From: a phage
Direction: 5' to 3' (one strand)
DNA: 64,000 bases
Sequence record: NC_129898.1
Shown: in pieces, positions 42,089 through 52,766 of the stretch
Layout: every line of letters starts with the position of its first letter
How positions within the stretch are numbered: position 1 is the first letter of the stretch
The notes under the pieces: generated by a model
The model's input: only the letters and a program-made list of their open reading frames with translations
The model's database searches: none
Told to the model about the DNA's origin: nothing
Position numbers and translations under genes: made by a program

Positions 42089-43635
42089 TGTCTAAGATTT
42101 ACGGACCGTGTTCTGAAAAGCAGAAGATGATCCTTGAAAACGATGCAGACATTCTTGTCATTGGTGGTGCGGCTGGTTCAGGTAAGTCGTTCCTCCTGCA
42201 GTTGATGCCGCTTAAAATTATTGATGATCCGCACAGCTCTGTGGTTATGTTCCGAAGAACAACTCCACAGTTGGAAGGTGAGGGTGGGCTATGGCCTAAA
42301 GCAGTAGCTATTTACAGTGATCTGCCTGAAAACATTAAACCAAAGTTCAGAGAGAAGGATCATAAGTTTATTTTTCCACGGTTTGATCCGAGCACTGGCA
42401 AGTGGGACAGGAGCAAAAAAGGGGCCGTTGTAAAATACTGCCACATGGAGTATGTCCAAGATAAGCTTAACCATCAAGGCCTTGAGTACACCATGGTTTG
42501 CTTCGATGAAGGCACGCAATTCGAATGGGAGCAGATAGACTATTTGATGTCTCGTCTGCGATCTCAGTCAAAGTATCCATCAAGAATGGTTATCAGTTGT
42601 AACCCCGACTCAGAACACATGCTTGCCAAACTGGTTAGGTGGTGGTTGGACGATGAAGGGTATCCAGATCCGGAGAAATGTGGTAAGAAAAGATATTTTA
42701 TCCGACGCGACGGTGAGTTTATCTGGGGAGACTCTAAAGAGGAGTTAATAGAGAAATACACCACGGTTAACGGACTGGGTGTGGAGATCAAGCCAAGACC
42801 GTTGTCATTCTCGTTTATAGGTGCAACAATTTTCGATAATCCTGTCTGCTTGAGAGACAACCCAGAATACCTTGCTTTCCTTGAAGGTCTACCAGAGCTT
42901 GAAAAAGCCCAGCTTCTTCATGGCAACTGGTTTGCCAAACCTGAGGGTGCAAACTATTTCCAAAGATCTTTCCTTCGTGATGCCGATAGAGTACCTCTTG
43001 GATCAGTATCTTGCAGGGCATGGGATAAGGCAGGAACCGAGAGAACTTCCGGTAATAAATTTCCTGACTTTACTGCCAGTGTTAAGGTAAGTAAAGATAG
43101 CGACGGTTTTTATTACCTGTCCGGGGATTATTGTCCTGAGAACGTGGATGACGGTAGGTATTCCACAGGTCTGGAAGGTAAGTTCTGTAAAAAGGCTGGG
43201 GAACGAGATGTGATCATCAGGAAACAGGCGCAGTTTGATGGAGATGATTGCATAATCGTATTTTCTGTGGACCCCGGTCAGGCAGGTAAGAGTGAGTTCT
43301 TAACCTCGTCCAGATCCTTGCTCGCCGAAGGGTTCAGGGTTGAAGAAGATCCGATGCCTTCCAACAAATCTAAACTGACAAGGTTCTCACCTTTTGCCAA
43401 TCTTGCCCAACAAGGAATGGTGAGGATTGTAAAATCCAGTTTCCATCCTGACACTCTGGAAGCATTTTTGACTGAACTTGAAAAGTTCAACGGGGAAAGA
43501 TCAACATTTAACAGAAAAGACGACTGGGCCGACTGTGTAGCTTCTGCGATTAATTTCCTGGAGAAAGAGGAGGTAGCGCTGCCTTGTGTTATTCCATCAA
43601 TCTCATCACCTTCTATGTTCAAGCGTTTTATCTAA
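42088..43635 (+). CDS. terL: terminase large subunit
   Basis: Walker A VIGGAAGSGKS and Walker B MVCFDEGTQ in the N-terminal ATPase; 515 aa; heads the structural module. Confidence 0.85.
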   Translation: MSKIYGPCSEKQKMILENDADILVIGGAAGSGKSFLLQLMPLKIIDDPHSSVVMFRRTTPQLEGEGGLWPKAVAIYSDLPENIKPKFREKDHKFIFPRFDPSTGKWDRSKKGAVVKYCHMEYVQDKLNHQGLEYTMVCFDEGTQFEWEQIDYLMSRLRSQSKYPSRMVISCNPDSEHMLAKLVRWWLDDEGYPDPEKCGKKRYFIRRDGEFIWGDSKEELIEKYTTVNGLGVEIKPRPLSFSFIGATIFDNPVCLRDNPEYLAFLEGLPELEKAQLLHGNWFAKPEGANYFQRSFLRDADRVPLGSVSCRAWDKAGTERTSGNKFPDFTASVKVSKDSDGFYYLSGDYCPENVDDGRYSTGLEGKFCKKAGERDVIIRKQAQFDGDDCIIVFSVDPGQAGKSEFLTSSRSLLAEGFRVEEDPMPSNKSKLTRFSPFANLAQQGMVRIVKSSFHPDTLEAFLTELEKFNGERSTFNRKDDWADCVASAINFLEKEEVALPCVIPSISSPSMFKRFI

Positions 43636-43685
43636 GTGTTGCCAATCTTAATTAGATGTGGTAGAATAGAGTAATCGGAGATACT

Positions 43686-43713
43686 AGCCCTCTGACACGA
43701 GGGCTATTTTGTT
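43686..43713 (+). terminator. intrinsic terminator
   Basis: AGCCCTC-TGACAC-GAGGGCT followed by ATTTTGTT. Confidence 0.6.
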
Positions 43714-43737
43714 ATACTGTTTTGAGGGGTAAAGCTT

Positions 43738-45294
43738 GTGTCCAAAAAGAACCGCAGGAAACACAACGCCACAGCCAAAACTGTGAATAAATCTGGGAAC
43801 GCAGGCGCACCAACTCATAATGTTCGTATGAGTGAGATCGGTTCTGGCGCACTTTCCCAAATTATGGCAGAATCACAATCTATGATGGTTGAGGAATTGC
43901 GTTGGCCTCAGCTGATTGCCACAGTGGAGACTATGAAATGTGATTCCACAGTTGCTACTGCCTTAGATACAAAATATGTTTTCATCACGAAAGCATTTAA
44001 TGATTTTAAGATCCTTTATAATGTTAAAAGTGAAGACTCTAAGAAAGCTGCCGAGCTTATAGAGTATTCTTTGCGTAATTTGGCAAACCAGCAAACTCTT
44101 CGAGATATTGCAAGAAGCGCAGCTACCTTTAACGAGTATGGTTTTTCACTGTTTGAGAAAGTATACCGCAGAGAGAAAGAAGGTAAATATGCCGGGATGC
44201 TTCTTATTGATAAAATTGCATTCCGACCTCAGGCCAGTTTGTCCAGATCAGAGCCGTTTGTCTTTGACAAGAATAGTAGAACACTGACAGGTATTTATCA
44301 ATCACCTAATGCATTTCTAAACACGCAGAATGCACGCTGGGCTGGTCCTCTTGCTGCAATGCCTTCAAAAGGCTTTAACGAGCCTGAAATTTTCATCCCT
44401 GCCAAGAAGCTTATGCTCATGACCTTGTCAGGAACAGAGTCTAATCCTGCAGGTGTGTCACCGATGATAGGTTGCTACAGATCTTTCCGTGAGAAAGTTC
44501 TGATTGAAAACCTTGAGGTTGTTGGCTGCTCCAAAGACCTTGGTGGTGTGCTTGAGCTGAAAATTCCTTCCAATATTCTGAACAAGGCCAGCATTGACCC
44601 GAATTCAATGGAAGGGAGAATGGTTGCAGATCTTATGCTTGACGCAGCAAATGCCCACAGTGGGGAGCAAAGTTTCTTTATACTTCCGTCTGATAGAGAT
44701 AAGTCTGGTAAAGAGCTTTACTCCATGACCCTGAAGGGTGTTGACGGCATGGGTAAGCAGTATTCAACTAAAGATTTGATTGATGCCCGTAAGAAGGCGA
44801 TTCTTGACCGTTTCGGTGCTGGATTTATTAACCTCGGTAACGATAACGTTGGATCCTTCTCCCTGTCTGAGTCAAAACAGTCTATCCATGGGCATTTTGT
44901 TCAGCGTGATATAGATATTATCACTGAGGCCTTCAATAAAGATCTTATTCCACAGCTTCTGGCATTGAATGGTATCATCCTTGAAGATGATGATATGCCT
45001 AAACTGAAACCTGGTCTGATTGAAGAAGTGGACATGGAGAGCTTCTCCAAGTTTGTCCAGAGGATCGGTGCTGTAGGTTATTTGCCAAAAACTCCTGCAG
45101 TAATTAATAAGATTCTTGAAGTAGGCGGGTTTGATGAAAGATTTGACGAGGACATGGATCAGGAAGAGCTAATGAAACTCTTGGGCCAGGACATCAGTAG
45201 AGCTGGTGATGGAATGGCTGCAGGATCCACTGGCAACGGCACTTCTAAGATGTCATCAACCAGAGATAACTCCATATCTAACATGGAAAATTAA
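43738..45294 (+). CDS. portal protein candidate
   Basis: 518-aa ORF immediately after the large terminase; size and position typical of portal. Confidence 0.6.
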   Translation: MSKKNRRKHNATAKTVNKSGNAGAPTHNVRMSEIGSGALSQIMAESQSMMVEELRWPQLIATVETMKCDSTVATALDTKYVFITKAFNDFKILYNVKSEDSKKAAELIEYSLRNLANQQTLRDIARSAATFNEYGFSLFEKVYRREKEGKYAGMLLIDKIAFRPQASLSRSEPFVFDKNSRTLTGIYQSPNAFLNTQNARWAGPLAAMPSKGFNEPEIFIPAKKLMLMTLSGTESNPAGVSPMIGCYRSFREKVLIENLEVVGCSKDLGGVLELKIPSNILNKASIDPNSMEGRMVADLMLDAANAHSGEQSFFILPSDRDKSGKELYSMTLKGVDGMGKQYSTKDLIDARKKAILDRFGAGFINLGNDNVGSFSLSESKQSIHGHFVQRDIDIITEAFNKDLIPQLLALNGIILEDDDMPKLKPGLIEEVDMESFSKFVQRIGAVGYLPKTPAVINKILEVGGFDERFDEDMDQEELMKLLGQDISRAGDGMAAGSTGNGTSKMSSTRDNSISNMEN

Positions 45295-45349
45295 AAATTA
45301 TCAACACAGGGGGTTGCAAAACCTCCTTTGGCGTGATAAAATAATCCAC

Positions 45350-45781
45350 ATGGGGAATAAGATGCCACAGGAAGAAATGATTTCCTACGAAATCATCTAC
45401 GAACCTGACACTAAAGATGCTCACGGTGAGTGGATGAGTAAAGACACCATCAAAAAGGCTAAAGATAACTGGGACGCAGCATACGCCGCAGGACTAGTTT
45501 CTGAAAACCTTTTTCACTTGACCTCTACAGATGCTTTCACTATTGAAAAGACGTGGATTCAAGAAGAGTTTGATGTTGTAGTAATTGGCACTGAGCAGGT
45601 CATCAAGGCTGGCTCTTGGGTTGCTAAAGTTAAATACAATAATCCTGAATTATGGGAAGCTAAGAAGGCTGGCATTGTTGGTGGCCTAAGCATTCAGGCA
45701 ACAGGTAATGTTGATGAAGAGACTGGTGAAATTACCAACGTAAACTTCGGGATCAGTGTTGTAGAAGAGGGCAATGAATAA
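45350..45781 (+). CDS. hypothetical head-module protein
   Basis: Track ORF 45206..45781 trimmed to the first ATG after the portal stop. Confidence 0.4.
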   Translation: MGNKMPQEEMISYEIIYEPDTKDAHGEWMSKDTIKKAKDNWDAAYAAGLVSENLFHLTSTDAFTIEKTWIQEEFDVVVIGTEQVIKAGSWVAKVKYNNPELWEAKKAGIVGGLSIQATGNVDEETGEITNVNFGISVVEEGNE

Positions 45782-46758
45782 TGTCTGAAAAAACGATTAC
45801 TATTAAAGAGAAGGGGATTGCCCTGTGCCATAAGGCGCAAGGCTATAGCGCTAACAACAGACCTGTATCTCTTTTGATGAAGAGTGATCTTCAGCCTGAG
45901 CAGTTAACAGACGATATTGTTAAGGCACTTCGCCAAGTTACTGTGGAGCTTAGTTTTGAAGAATACCTGCGTCGTTTCTTCGATATGTGGTATGATGATG
46001 CCAAAGCACTTGCACACATGCTTGGTTTTGAGATTGAAGAGGAAGCTTGGGCTAAAGAGCATCCTGATTGGGAATGGGCGCAAGCTGACGCAGAGTCTTG
46101 TATTGCATGGCTGGAAGAGCGTTGTGATAACGTGACCATTCATAAAGCTGCAAAAGAAGGCAAGCAGCTTAGTGTGGTAGATCAGTACAGCCTGCTAAAA
46201 ACACAACAGATTTTTGAACAAGTAACCGCTGATCTCTTCGATAAAGAAGGGAACCTGATCAAGGCGGTACAGGAACCTACTGAGGTAGATAAAACTACCG
46301 AGGTGGATGATGTTGCAAAATCCGCAAATACCGAGGAGAATCCGGTGGACGTAACCAAAACTAAAGAGTATCTGGATCTGCTGAAGCAAGTAGAAGAGCT
46401 GAAAGCAACCCAGAGTAAAGCTGAAGAAATCATCAAGGCTCAGGTTGAAGTTGAAAAAGCTAAAATGCTGACTAAAGCTCAAGCTTTAAGCTTTGTTGGT
46501 GAAGAAGATCATGCAACCCTGGTTGACTTCATGCTGGAAAAAGCTAACGAACCTATTGTAGCTATGCTGGAGAAAGCTCAAGCCAAAATTGAAGAGCTGG
46601 AAGCAGAGGTGCATAAAACCAAAGAAGAGTTTGCCACCACTGAACATGGTAATGATGGCGAACCTGTTGTGGATGATATTGCAAAATCCGCAGAAGAAAT
46701 TCTTGCTGAAAACGTTGCAAAAGCACTTGCTCGTGCACGTGCAGAATCTACTAAATAA
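45781..46758 (+). CDS. scaffolding protein candidate
   Basis: 325 aa, acidic, long predicted coiled-coil (KTKEYLDLLKQVEELKATQSKAEEIIKAQVEVEKAK); between portal and capsid. Confidence 0.5.
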   Translation: MSEKTITIKEKGIALCHKAQGYSANNRPVSLLMKSDLQPEQLTDDIVKALRQVTVELSFEEYLRRFFDMWYDDAKALAHMLGFEIEEEAWAKEHPDWEWAQADAESCIAWLEERCDNVTIHKAAKEGKQLSVVDQYSLLKTQQIFEQVTADLFDKEGNLIKAVQEPTEVDKTTEVDDVAKSANTEENPVDVTKTKEYLDLLKQVEELKATQSKAEEIIKAQVEVEKAKMLTKAQALSFVGEEDHATLVDFMLEKANEPIVAMLEKAQAKIEELEAEVHKTKEEFATTEHGNDGEPVVDDIAKSAEEILAENVAKALARARAESTK

Positions 46759-46778
46759 GACATTAACGGGGGAAATAA

Positions 46779-47168
46779 ATGATTACCGCTCAATATTCTG
46801 ATATCGTGCTCGGCAAAGTTGATTCTAGCGATGCTGGCTACAATTTTAAAGAGATGGAAATTACACTGACAGAGCACCATCATGCTGGTACTGTTGTAAC
46901 AAAAACTGGCACTATCGCTAACGATGATGGCTCAGATGTTTATGGTGTTATTGTAGACCGAGCTCTGGTAAAAGATGCAGGAAAAGTTCATCTCGCTGAG
47001 CCTCTGCAAACAGGCCAGAAATATAAACTGGTTGTTGCAGTTCACGGTGTTACCTTTGCAAAAGATAAGCTGCTGGGGTCTAACGGTGAAGCAGCTAAGC
47101 AGGCTGTTCTTGAAAAGCTTGAAGCTCTGGGTAACAAAGTTCACGTCCAGACTCTTGGTGAAGAGTAA
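46779..47168 (+). CDS. small head protein (decoration protein candidate)
   Basis: 129 aa directly upstream of the major capsid gene; biased codon usage. Confidence 0.35.
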   Translation: MITAQYSDIVLGKVDSSDAGYNFKEMEITLTEHHHAGTVVTKTGTIANDDGSDVYGVIVDRALVKDAGKVHLAEPLQTGQKYKLVVAVHGVTFAKDKLLGSNGEAAKQAVLEKLEALGNKVHVQTLGEE

Positions 47169-47216
47169 GCCCTAAATTGTTCGGGAAAATATTTAAGTTT
47201 TACTTTGGAGAAATAA

Positions 47217-48227
47217 ATGATTACTCGTAAAGATGAATTTGGCATTGTTGATTTAGGTGCTACTCTGGACCTTGTTCCGCGTCAATTTCGCCTGATCACC
47301 GGTATGGATCTGTTCGAAACTCGTCTTGGCACCTCAACAATTGCTCAGATCGAGCGTGTTGATGAAGTTGTAACCGACATTCCGGCACGCCGTCGTGGCG
47401 GTGAGCGTAACTACGTTGGTAGTGAACGTGCTCAGGTTAAAAACCTGAACATCCCGTTCTTCCCTCTGGACAAAGGCATCACTGCCGCAGATGTTCAGAA
47501 CTTCCGTCGTTACTTCACCCCTGACGCTCCGAAAACTGTTCAGGATGTAGTAACCCGCGTTGTTCGCCGTATCCGTGTTTCTCATGAAGCACTGCGTGAG
47601 AAAGCGCTGTTCCAGGCTATTCTGGGTAAATCCTATGCACCTGGTGACACCACCTGTCAGTATGATTACTACACTCTGTGGGGCGTGTCTCAGAAGTCTG
47701 TTGAGATTGACCCTGCAAAAGCAGATCAGGATCCTATGGAGGTTCTGGAAGAAGCTCGTCTGCACATCGCACTGCAAGCTGGTGATAACGCAGCTGGCTA
47801 CCGTATTGTAGCTCTGTGCTCACCAGAGTTCTTCAGTGCTATTACCCATCACCCGCTGGTAGAACTGGCATACACCTATTACGGCTCTGCTCAGGAACCT
47901 CTGCGTCGCCGTCTGGGTGCTGGCGGTCAGGACAGCGTATACCGTGTGTTTGAACATAAAGGTATCACCTTTATCGAAGATATCTCTGGCAATATTCCTA
48001 AGAAAGAAGCTCGCATTCTGCCGATGGGTATTGATCAGATGTTCCAGCTGCACTTTGCTCCGGCAGATGATGTTAACGAAGCAAACACTCCAGCACAGGA
48101 ACTGTACATGTGGTACAAACACTCTGCATACCTGCGTGAAGAGAAGATTGAATCTGAAACTTCTATGCTGGCAGTTAACACCCGTCCAGAGTTGGTTGTT
48201 AAAGTAACTCTGAAAAACGGTGGCTAA
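47217..48227 (+). CDS. major capsid protein candidate
   Basis: 336 aa; strongly biased codon usage (CTG, CGT, GGT); followed by the strongest terminator in the window. Confidence 0.6.
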   Translation: MITRKDEFGIVDLGATLDLVPRQFRLITGMDLFETRLGTSTIAQIERVDEVVTDIPARRRGGERNYVGSERAQVKNLNIPFFPLDKGITAADVQNFRRYFTPDAPKTVQDVVTRVVRRIRVSHEALREKALFQAILGKSYAPGDTTCQYDYYTLWGVSQKSVEIDPAKADQDPMEVLEEARLHIALQAGDNAAGYRIVALCSPEFFSAITHHPLVELAYTYYGSAQEPLRRRLGAGGQDSVYRVFEHKGITFIEDISGNIPKKEARILPMGIDQMFQLHFAPADDVNEANTPAQELYMWYKHSAYLREEKIESETSMLAVNTRPELVVKVTLKNGG

Positions 48228-48251
48228 TCACTAAGGTGATTCATCCCATAT

Positions 48252-48285
48252 GGGGAGGGGGTTCTCCCCTCCCCTTTTTATTTAT
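48252..48285 (+). terminator. intrinsic terminator
   Basis: GGGGAGGGG-GTTCT-CCCCTCCCC followed by TTTTTATTTATT. Confidence 0.8.
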
Positions 48286-48307
48286 TAGGGTTTAACAGGA
48301 GTGTCCC

Positions 48308-49123
48308 GTGAAGAGAGCCGTATATCCAGTTGAGTATGATCCTCTATTAAGAGTTTTCAACAATCAGTTAAGTTTCTATCAATTTTTAGCACAATATAAC
48401 CCAGAAATCAATGTTGGTTTATCAGCCCTGCTGCCACCAACAGAATTCGTTATTGGCAGTGTTCACTATCCGTGCAGAACGATTGTAGACTTCTTCGAGA
48501 AGATTGCAAAACACACAGGCCTGCCAATTGATACTGGTATTTCAACTATCCGTATGGGTGTTATTCTTCTGTTCTTCACAGAGAACCTTGATGAAAGCAC
48601 TTTAACACTGCAAAGCGGTGATGTCAATATCACACTCACCCCGTCAGTGTTTAAAGAGGTAGATGCCGCTTTCAAAGTTTCCGTGGCAGAGGGCCATCTG
48701 TGGGATCCTGCAGGGATGCCTAAAAAAGTGACCATAAACGATGAGCAATGCAGCATTGTTTATGAAGAAGATACCCAAACTTTCACCATCGAATGGCCTA
48801 AGAAACGCTCTCAGGTTGTAAATCTTGGACTGACCTCTACAGTGGCCCCAGAGCCTGAACCTGAAGTTCCGGAACCACCTCTTGAGGGTGACGGTGAAGG
48901 TCCTGTAGCAGATCCACAAGATGTGGCTGTAGCCTCTTTCGCATCTGCAGCTGTTGAGAATAAGGATGAAATCCTTAAACAGGCCGCAGCTCTTAACAAC
49001 GAAGATGACAAAAGTGGTTCAAAAGATGCACTCCAAACCTTTGCTAAAGAGTATGGTGTTACCTTAAGTAAGGCAAAAACTTTCCAAAATATGATGAAAG
49101 ATTTTGAGGCTGCACTGGCATAA
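48308..49123 (+). CDS. hypothetical structural protein with Pro/Glu-rich linker
   Basis: 271 aa; PEPEPEVPEPPLEGDGEGP linker. Confidence 0.5.
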   Translation: MKRAVYPVEYDPLLRVFNNQLSFYQFLAQYNPEINVGLSALLPPTEFVIGSVHYPCRTIVDFFEKIAKHTGLPIDTGISTIRMGVILLFFTENLDESTLTLQSGDVNITLTPSVFKEVDAAFKVSVAEGHLWDPAGMPKKVTINDEQCSIVYEEDTQTFTIEWPKKRSQVVNLGLTSTVAPEPEPEVPEPPLEGDGEGPVADPQDVAVASFASAAVENKDEILKQAAALNNEDDKSGSKDALQTFAKEYGVTLSKAKTFQNMMKDFEAALA

Positions 49124-49132
49124 TTTTGTTAA

Positions 49133-49170
49133 GGCCCCTTCCAAGTCAGGAATGGGGCTTTATTTTTACG
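49133..49170 (+). terminator. intrinsic terminator
   Basis: GCCCC...GGGGC hairpin with inner TTCC/GGAA pairing followed by TTTATTTTT. Confidence 0.6.
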
Positions 49171-49182
49171 AGGTATTTTCAA

Positions 49183-49803
49183 ATGGCATGGTATGAAGAT
49201 GAAGAGATTATCCCGTCCCCTCCTGACCATGATGGCGTAGTCGATACCCCAGAAGAACCACCAAAAGAAGATCCTGCACCTTCTGAACCTGATCCAGACC
49301 AACCTCTTATTGATATTATGAGGTTATTGCTTGGCAATGTTGATGAGGAAACACTTCCTGATGAGGTAATTAAAACATTCCTCGACATGGAGAAGCTGAA
49401 ACTAAATTACCCGGCAAATCCTGATAAGCTACCCCTGCTTAAGTACAATGTGCTTGTGCAGCTTGTGCGGTGGCTGATGATGCAGGAAGTGTCTAGCGGT
49501 AATGCAAGTATAACTTCCCGTCTGGAAAAAATAGGTGATGAGACCATAGAGATTCGTGGTGGATCTTCCTACGCCCAGTGGAAAGATTTCCTTGATTGGC
49601 TGCTGGCACACCCAGACTATGTAGACTCAGAGCTAGATGCTTATAGCAGAATGATTATCATTGGCGGTGTTCGTGTAGACGAGGGAATTCGGGTTAAATT
49701 CAATGAAAACAGTAACGGCCCGTTCGATGTTCAGGGGATTACACCTATCAGTGGTCTAAATAATCAACCTCCTCGCCACCCAAGACGCAAACGCAGTTTT
49801 TAA
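49183..49803 (+). CDS. hypothetical head-tail joining protein candidate
   Basis: ATG 49183 (MAWYEDEE); Pro/Glu/Asp-rich N-terminus. Confidence 0.45.
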   Translation: MAWYEDEEIIPSPPDHDGVVDTPEEPPKEDPAPSEPDPDQPLIDIMRLLLGNVDEETLPDEVIKTFLDMEKLKLNYPANPDKLPLLKYNVLVQLVRWLMMQEVSSGNASITSRLEKIGDETIEIRGGSSYAQWKDFLDWLLAHPDYVDSELDAYSRMIIIGGVRVDEGIRVKFNENSNGPFDVQGITPISGLNNQPPRHPRRKRSF

Positions 49804-49856
49804 AAATTGTTGCTTTTGATGTATCTTTGTGGTAAAATACATTAGTGAGGAATATA

Positions 49857-50321
49857 ATGCTAAAGGTTAAATGTCAAACTAGGTTCAACCTAAAGCGTTT
49901 AGATCGCTTTTACAAAGACCTTGTGAAACTAGAAAGCAAAACAATAACCTACGGCTTTTATGATGAACCTCACCCGTCAGGCTTAAATATGGCAACATTG
50001 GCAGCTATTCACAACTTCGGTTGGAACGGGCTGCCTGTTCGCAATTTCATGGAGACGGCCTTTGCATTTCACAGCACGCAACTGCAGACCTTGACAGAAA
50101 AATTGTTGAGAGCTATGGCTAGAGGATCAAGTGCAGAGGCTGTTCTTAAGCAGATGGGGGACACAGGGGCCAAAGCTATCCAGTTTGTTATTGAGGCTGG
50201 GCAGTTTAGTAACCCTACTGTTAGTGAGAAGTGGGCACAAGAGAAGGGCTTCAACGAGGCTATGCGGCATTACGATGTGCTGCTGGAATCTGCAACCTTT
50301 AAAATTGGACAGCAAAAATAA
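49857..50321 (+). CDS. hypothetical structural protein
   Basis: ATG 49857 with GAGG RBS. Confidence 0.5.
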   Translation: MLKVKCQTRFNLKRLDRFYKDLVKLESKTITYGFYDEPHPSGLNMATLAAIHNFGWNGLPVRNFMETAFAFHSTQLQTLTEKLLRAMARGSSAEAVLKQMGDTGAKAIQFVIEAGQFSNPTVSEKWAQEKGFNEAMRHYDVLLESATFKIGQQK

Positions 50322-50330
50322 GGGGGTTGA

Positions 50331-50756
50331 GTGGCAGCAGGTTATAAGCTGATAGGAAAGAACAGGCTAATACCCCGTAAAACATTCAAAGGTCGCCACA
50401 GAGTGTATAACAAAACAGTTGGTGGTCCTTTTGCTAACGAGGGGTTAGAACTTGAGTATGAAGAGTTTGATGTCTTAGAGTGTGTTGTGCAGCCGTTGAC
50501 AGGAAGGGCAGCTAAAGATTACTCCTCTCAAATAAATCCTGAAGGTGACAGACAGTACGAGGCTTTTACAGTTTACTCCTCAACCAAGTTGTACAGTCCA
50601 GATGAAGGAACATATGCAATGGCTGATCAAATTCAGCTGCCTGACATCCGTGGTGACTTGAAATGGTTTACCGTTTTAAAATGCGATGCATATGTAACGT
50701 CTGGTGGTGGAAGATATAGATTTTTTGTGGTAGAAGAGCCTGAAGGAGAAGATTGA
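50331..50756 (+). CDS. hypothetical structural protein
   Basis: GTG start with AGGGGG RBS. Confidence 0.5.
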   Translation: MAAGYKLIGKNRLIPRKTFKGRHRVYNKTVGGPFANEGLELEYEEFDVLECVVQPLTGRAAKDYSSQINPEGDRQYEAFTVYSSTKLYSPDEGTYAMADQIQLPDIRGDLKWFTVLKCDAYVTSGGGRYRFFVVEEPEGED

Positions 50757-51307
50757 TGGAAGCTTTCGAAAAAGTTTTTTCTGATCTTGAAACAACCATT
50801 GCTAAGCTTGTCAAGGTTGCCACAGGAAGAACTGTAGTTCTGGCAGAAAGCTCTACCATACCGAAGCCGGAAGGTGAGTTTGTACTTTTACAAACCTTGG
50901 CGATCAATCCAACCACTTGGGAAGATAACGAGTTTCAAGATGCGGAGGGTAATGCTTACGTAACACACAGTTACACTGTTACTTATCTGTTAACAGCTTA
51001 TCGTGGCAGGGCATATGCTGCACTTAGCAGAGTATTGCAAGCAATAAATCTTCCAATGTTTTATGACAAGTATTTCCCTCTGGGATCGTGCTTTGCTTAC
51101 TCTAACAATTCAACAATCTCCCCTCAAAGGGTGCCGTTGAATAAGCAGACGTATGAAAATAGAGCCACGGTAATGCTGACATTTAACGTAAGGTTTGTTG
51201 AGACAGACATTGGGGCTTTTGAGGATCTTCAGGGAATTAAGGCTGAAATAACCACACACTTCCCTTCACCCAATTCTGATAAATCGGTTACAGACAGTGG
51301 TCAGTAA
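50753..51307 (+). CDS. hypothetical structural protein
   Basis: 184 aa, start overlaps upstream stop. Confidence 0.5.
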   Translation: MMEAFEKVFSDLETTIAKLVKVATGRTVVLAESSTIPKPEGEFVLLQTLAINPTTWEDNEFQDAEGNAYVTHSYTVTYLLTAYRGRAYAALSRVLQAINLPMFYDKYFPLGSCFAYSNNSTISPQRVPLNKQTYENRATVMLTFNVRFVETDIGAFEDLQGIKAEITTHFPSPNSDKSVTDSGQ

Positions 51308-51379
51308 TCGTTATAATTGTGTAGTGTAATGATTACACTGCGTGTTTGATATCCGTGCACAGATATTAAGAGGAAACAA

Positions 51380-52756
51380 ATGCCATATTTAGATAAAGTG
51401 GTAGATGTTACAGTTAACCTCGGAACCCAGCCTATTGACACTGTAGGTTTCGAAACTCCGCTGTTCATCGCTATCCACAACAACTTCACTGAGCGAGCTC
51501 GCGTATATGCGGAGCTGGATCAGATGGTGGAAGACGGTTTCGCACAAGGCTCTGCAGCTTATGAGTTTGCAGCAAAAGCTTTCGGCGGTGTATTCCCTCC
51601 GCAGTATGTTATGATCGGCAGACAGGCAAAAGAAAAAACCACTGTAGATTTTAAAGGTATTGCTGCCGCAGCTGATACTGATGTCGTAATGACTATTGCA
51701 AAAGGTAGCTACAATACTTCTCTGATAGTGCCTATCTCTGGTGGAACAGGTGCAACTCAGATTGCAGAGTCAATGAAGACTAAAATTGAAGCAGATGATA
51801 GCTTGAACGATATCACTGTAGCGGCTGAAGACGGTGTTCTCACCATCACGGGTGACTGTACTGTTGGTTATCATACTGGTAACTATACAATCAAAAATAT
51901 CGCCAATGCTGAAAAACCTTCTACAGTAGTTGATAAGATCAATGCTGAGCGTGACAATTGGTACTTCCTGTGCCATGAAGACCACACCGACATTGAAGCA
52001 TGTGCTAAGTGGGCTCAGGCTAACTACAAGCTGCATGTCTACTCTACTGCAGAAGATGTGACTGGTAAAGATAATAACATCGCCACCAAACTAATGGCTG
52101 CACAATATGACAGTGTTGGCATGTACGATCCTCGTGCAGATAAGGACTTCCCGGAGGGTGGTATCATAGGTGCTATGGCATCCAACGATCCGTCCTATGG
52201 TGACAGTTTGCACTTAAAACAGATGCCGGGTGTGATTGCACCATCTTTGACTTTAACTCAGCGTATGGCGATTTGGGAAAACCACGTTAACTTCTATAGA
52301 ATGATTAACGGTGTCGGCGCTTTCTGGGAAGGTAAGTGTGCTTCAGGTCAGTATGCAGACGCTATTCGTTTTGCACACTGGATCAAGTTCAGATCTGAAG
52401 AATCCATGTTCGGGTACATGCATCGCCGCTCCAATATGGGTTTAAGCATGAAGATGTCTGATGATGATCTTCCGGTTATCAAGTCTGTTCTGATGAACAA
52501 CCCGATCAATACTGGCATTAAGAATGGTGCGATCCTGACAGGTTTTGACGAAGACAACAATGTGTTCTACGACCCGATCATCACAGTTCCTAAACGTGCA
52601 GAAATCCCAACCAATCAGTTGGCTGCTCGTGTTCTGGAAGGTGTGAAAGTAGAACTGGTGTATAACAACGCCCTGCACTTCGTTCGTATCCGGATCAACG
52701 TCCTCCTGGACAAAGTTGGTTCTAAATCCACCAATGCTGTTGCAATGACTGAATAA
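51380..52756 (+). CDS. tail sheath protein candidate
   Basis: 458-aa ORF directly upstream of a ~157-aa tube-sized ORF, chaperone and tape measure; biased codon usage. Confidence 0.55.
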   Translation: MPYLDKVVDVTVNLGTQPIDTVGFETPLFIAIHNNFTERARVYAELDQMVEDGFAQGSAAYEFAAKAFGGVFPPQYVMIGRQAKEKTTVDFKGIAAAADTDVVMTIAKGSYNTSLIVPISGGTGATQIAESMKTKIEADDSLNDITVAAEDGVLTITGDCTVGYHTGNYTIKNIANAEKPSTVVDKINAERDNWYFLCHEDHTDIEACAKWAQANYKLHVYSTAEDVTGKDNNIATKLMAAQYDSVGMYDPRADKDFPEGGIIGAMASNDPSYGDSLHLKQMPGVIAPSLTLTQRMAIWENHVNFYRMINGVGAFWEGKCASGQYADAIRFAHWIKFRSEESMFGYMHRRSNMGLSMKMSDDDLPVIKSVLMNNPINTGIKNGAILTGFDEDNNVFYDPIITVPKRAEIPTNQLAARVLEGVKVELVYNNALHFVRIRINVLLDKVGSKSTNAVAMTE

Positions 52757-52766
52757 GGAAGACTAG

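Noticed and set aside
45891-46482. Multiple ORFs on both strands within the scaffold gene
   Set aside because: Alternative frames of a low-complexity, coiled-coil-encoding region; the long plus-strand frame 45781..46758 with module context is preferred.
47334-48122. Minus-strand ORFs 47334..47777 and 47820..48122 inside the major capsid gene
   Set aside because: Antisense to a codon-biased, terminator-delimited structural gene; spurious.
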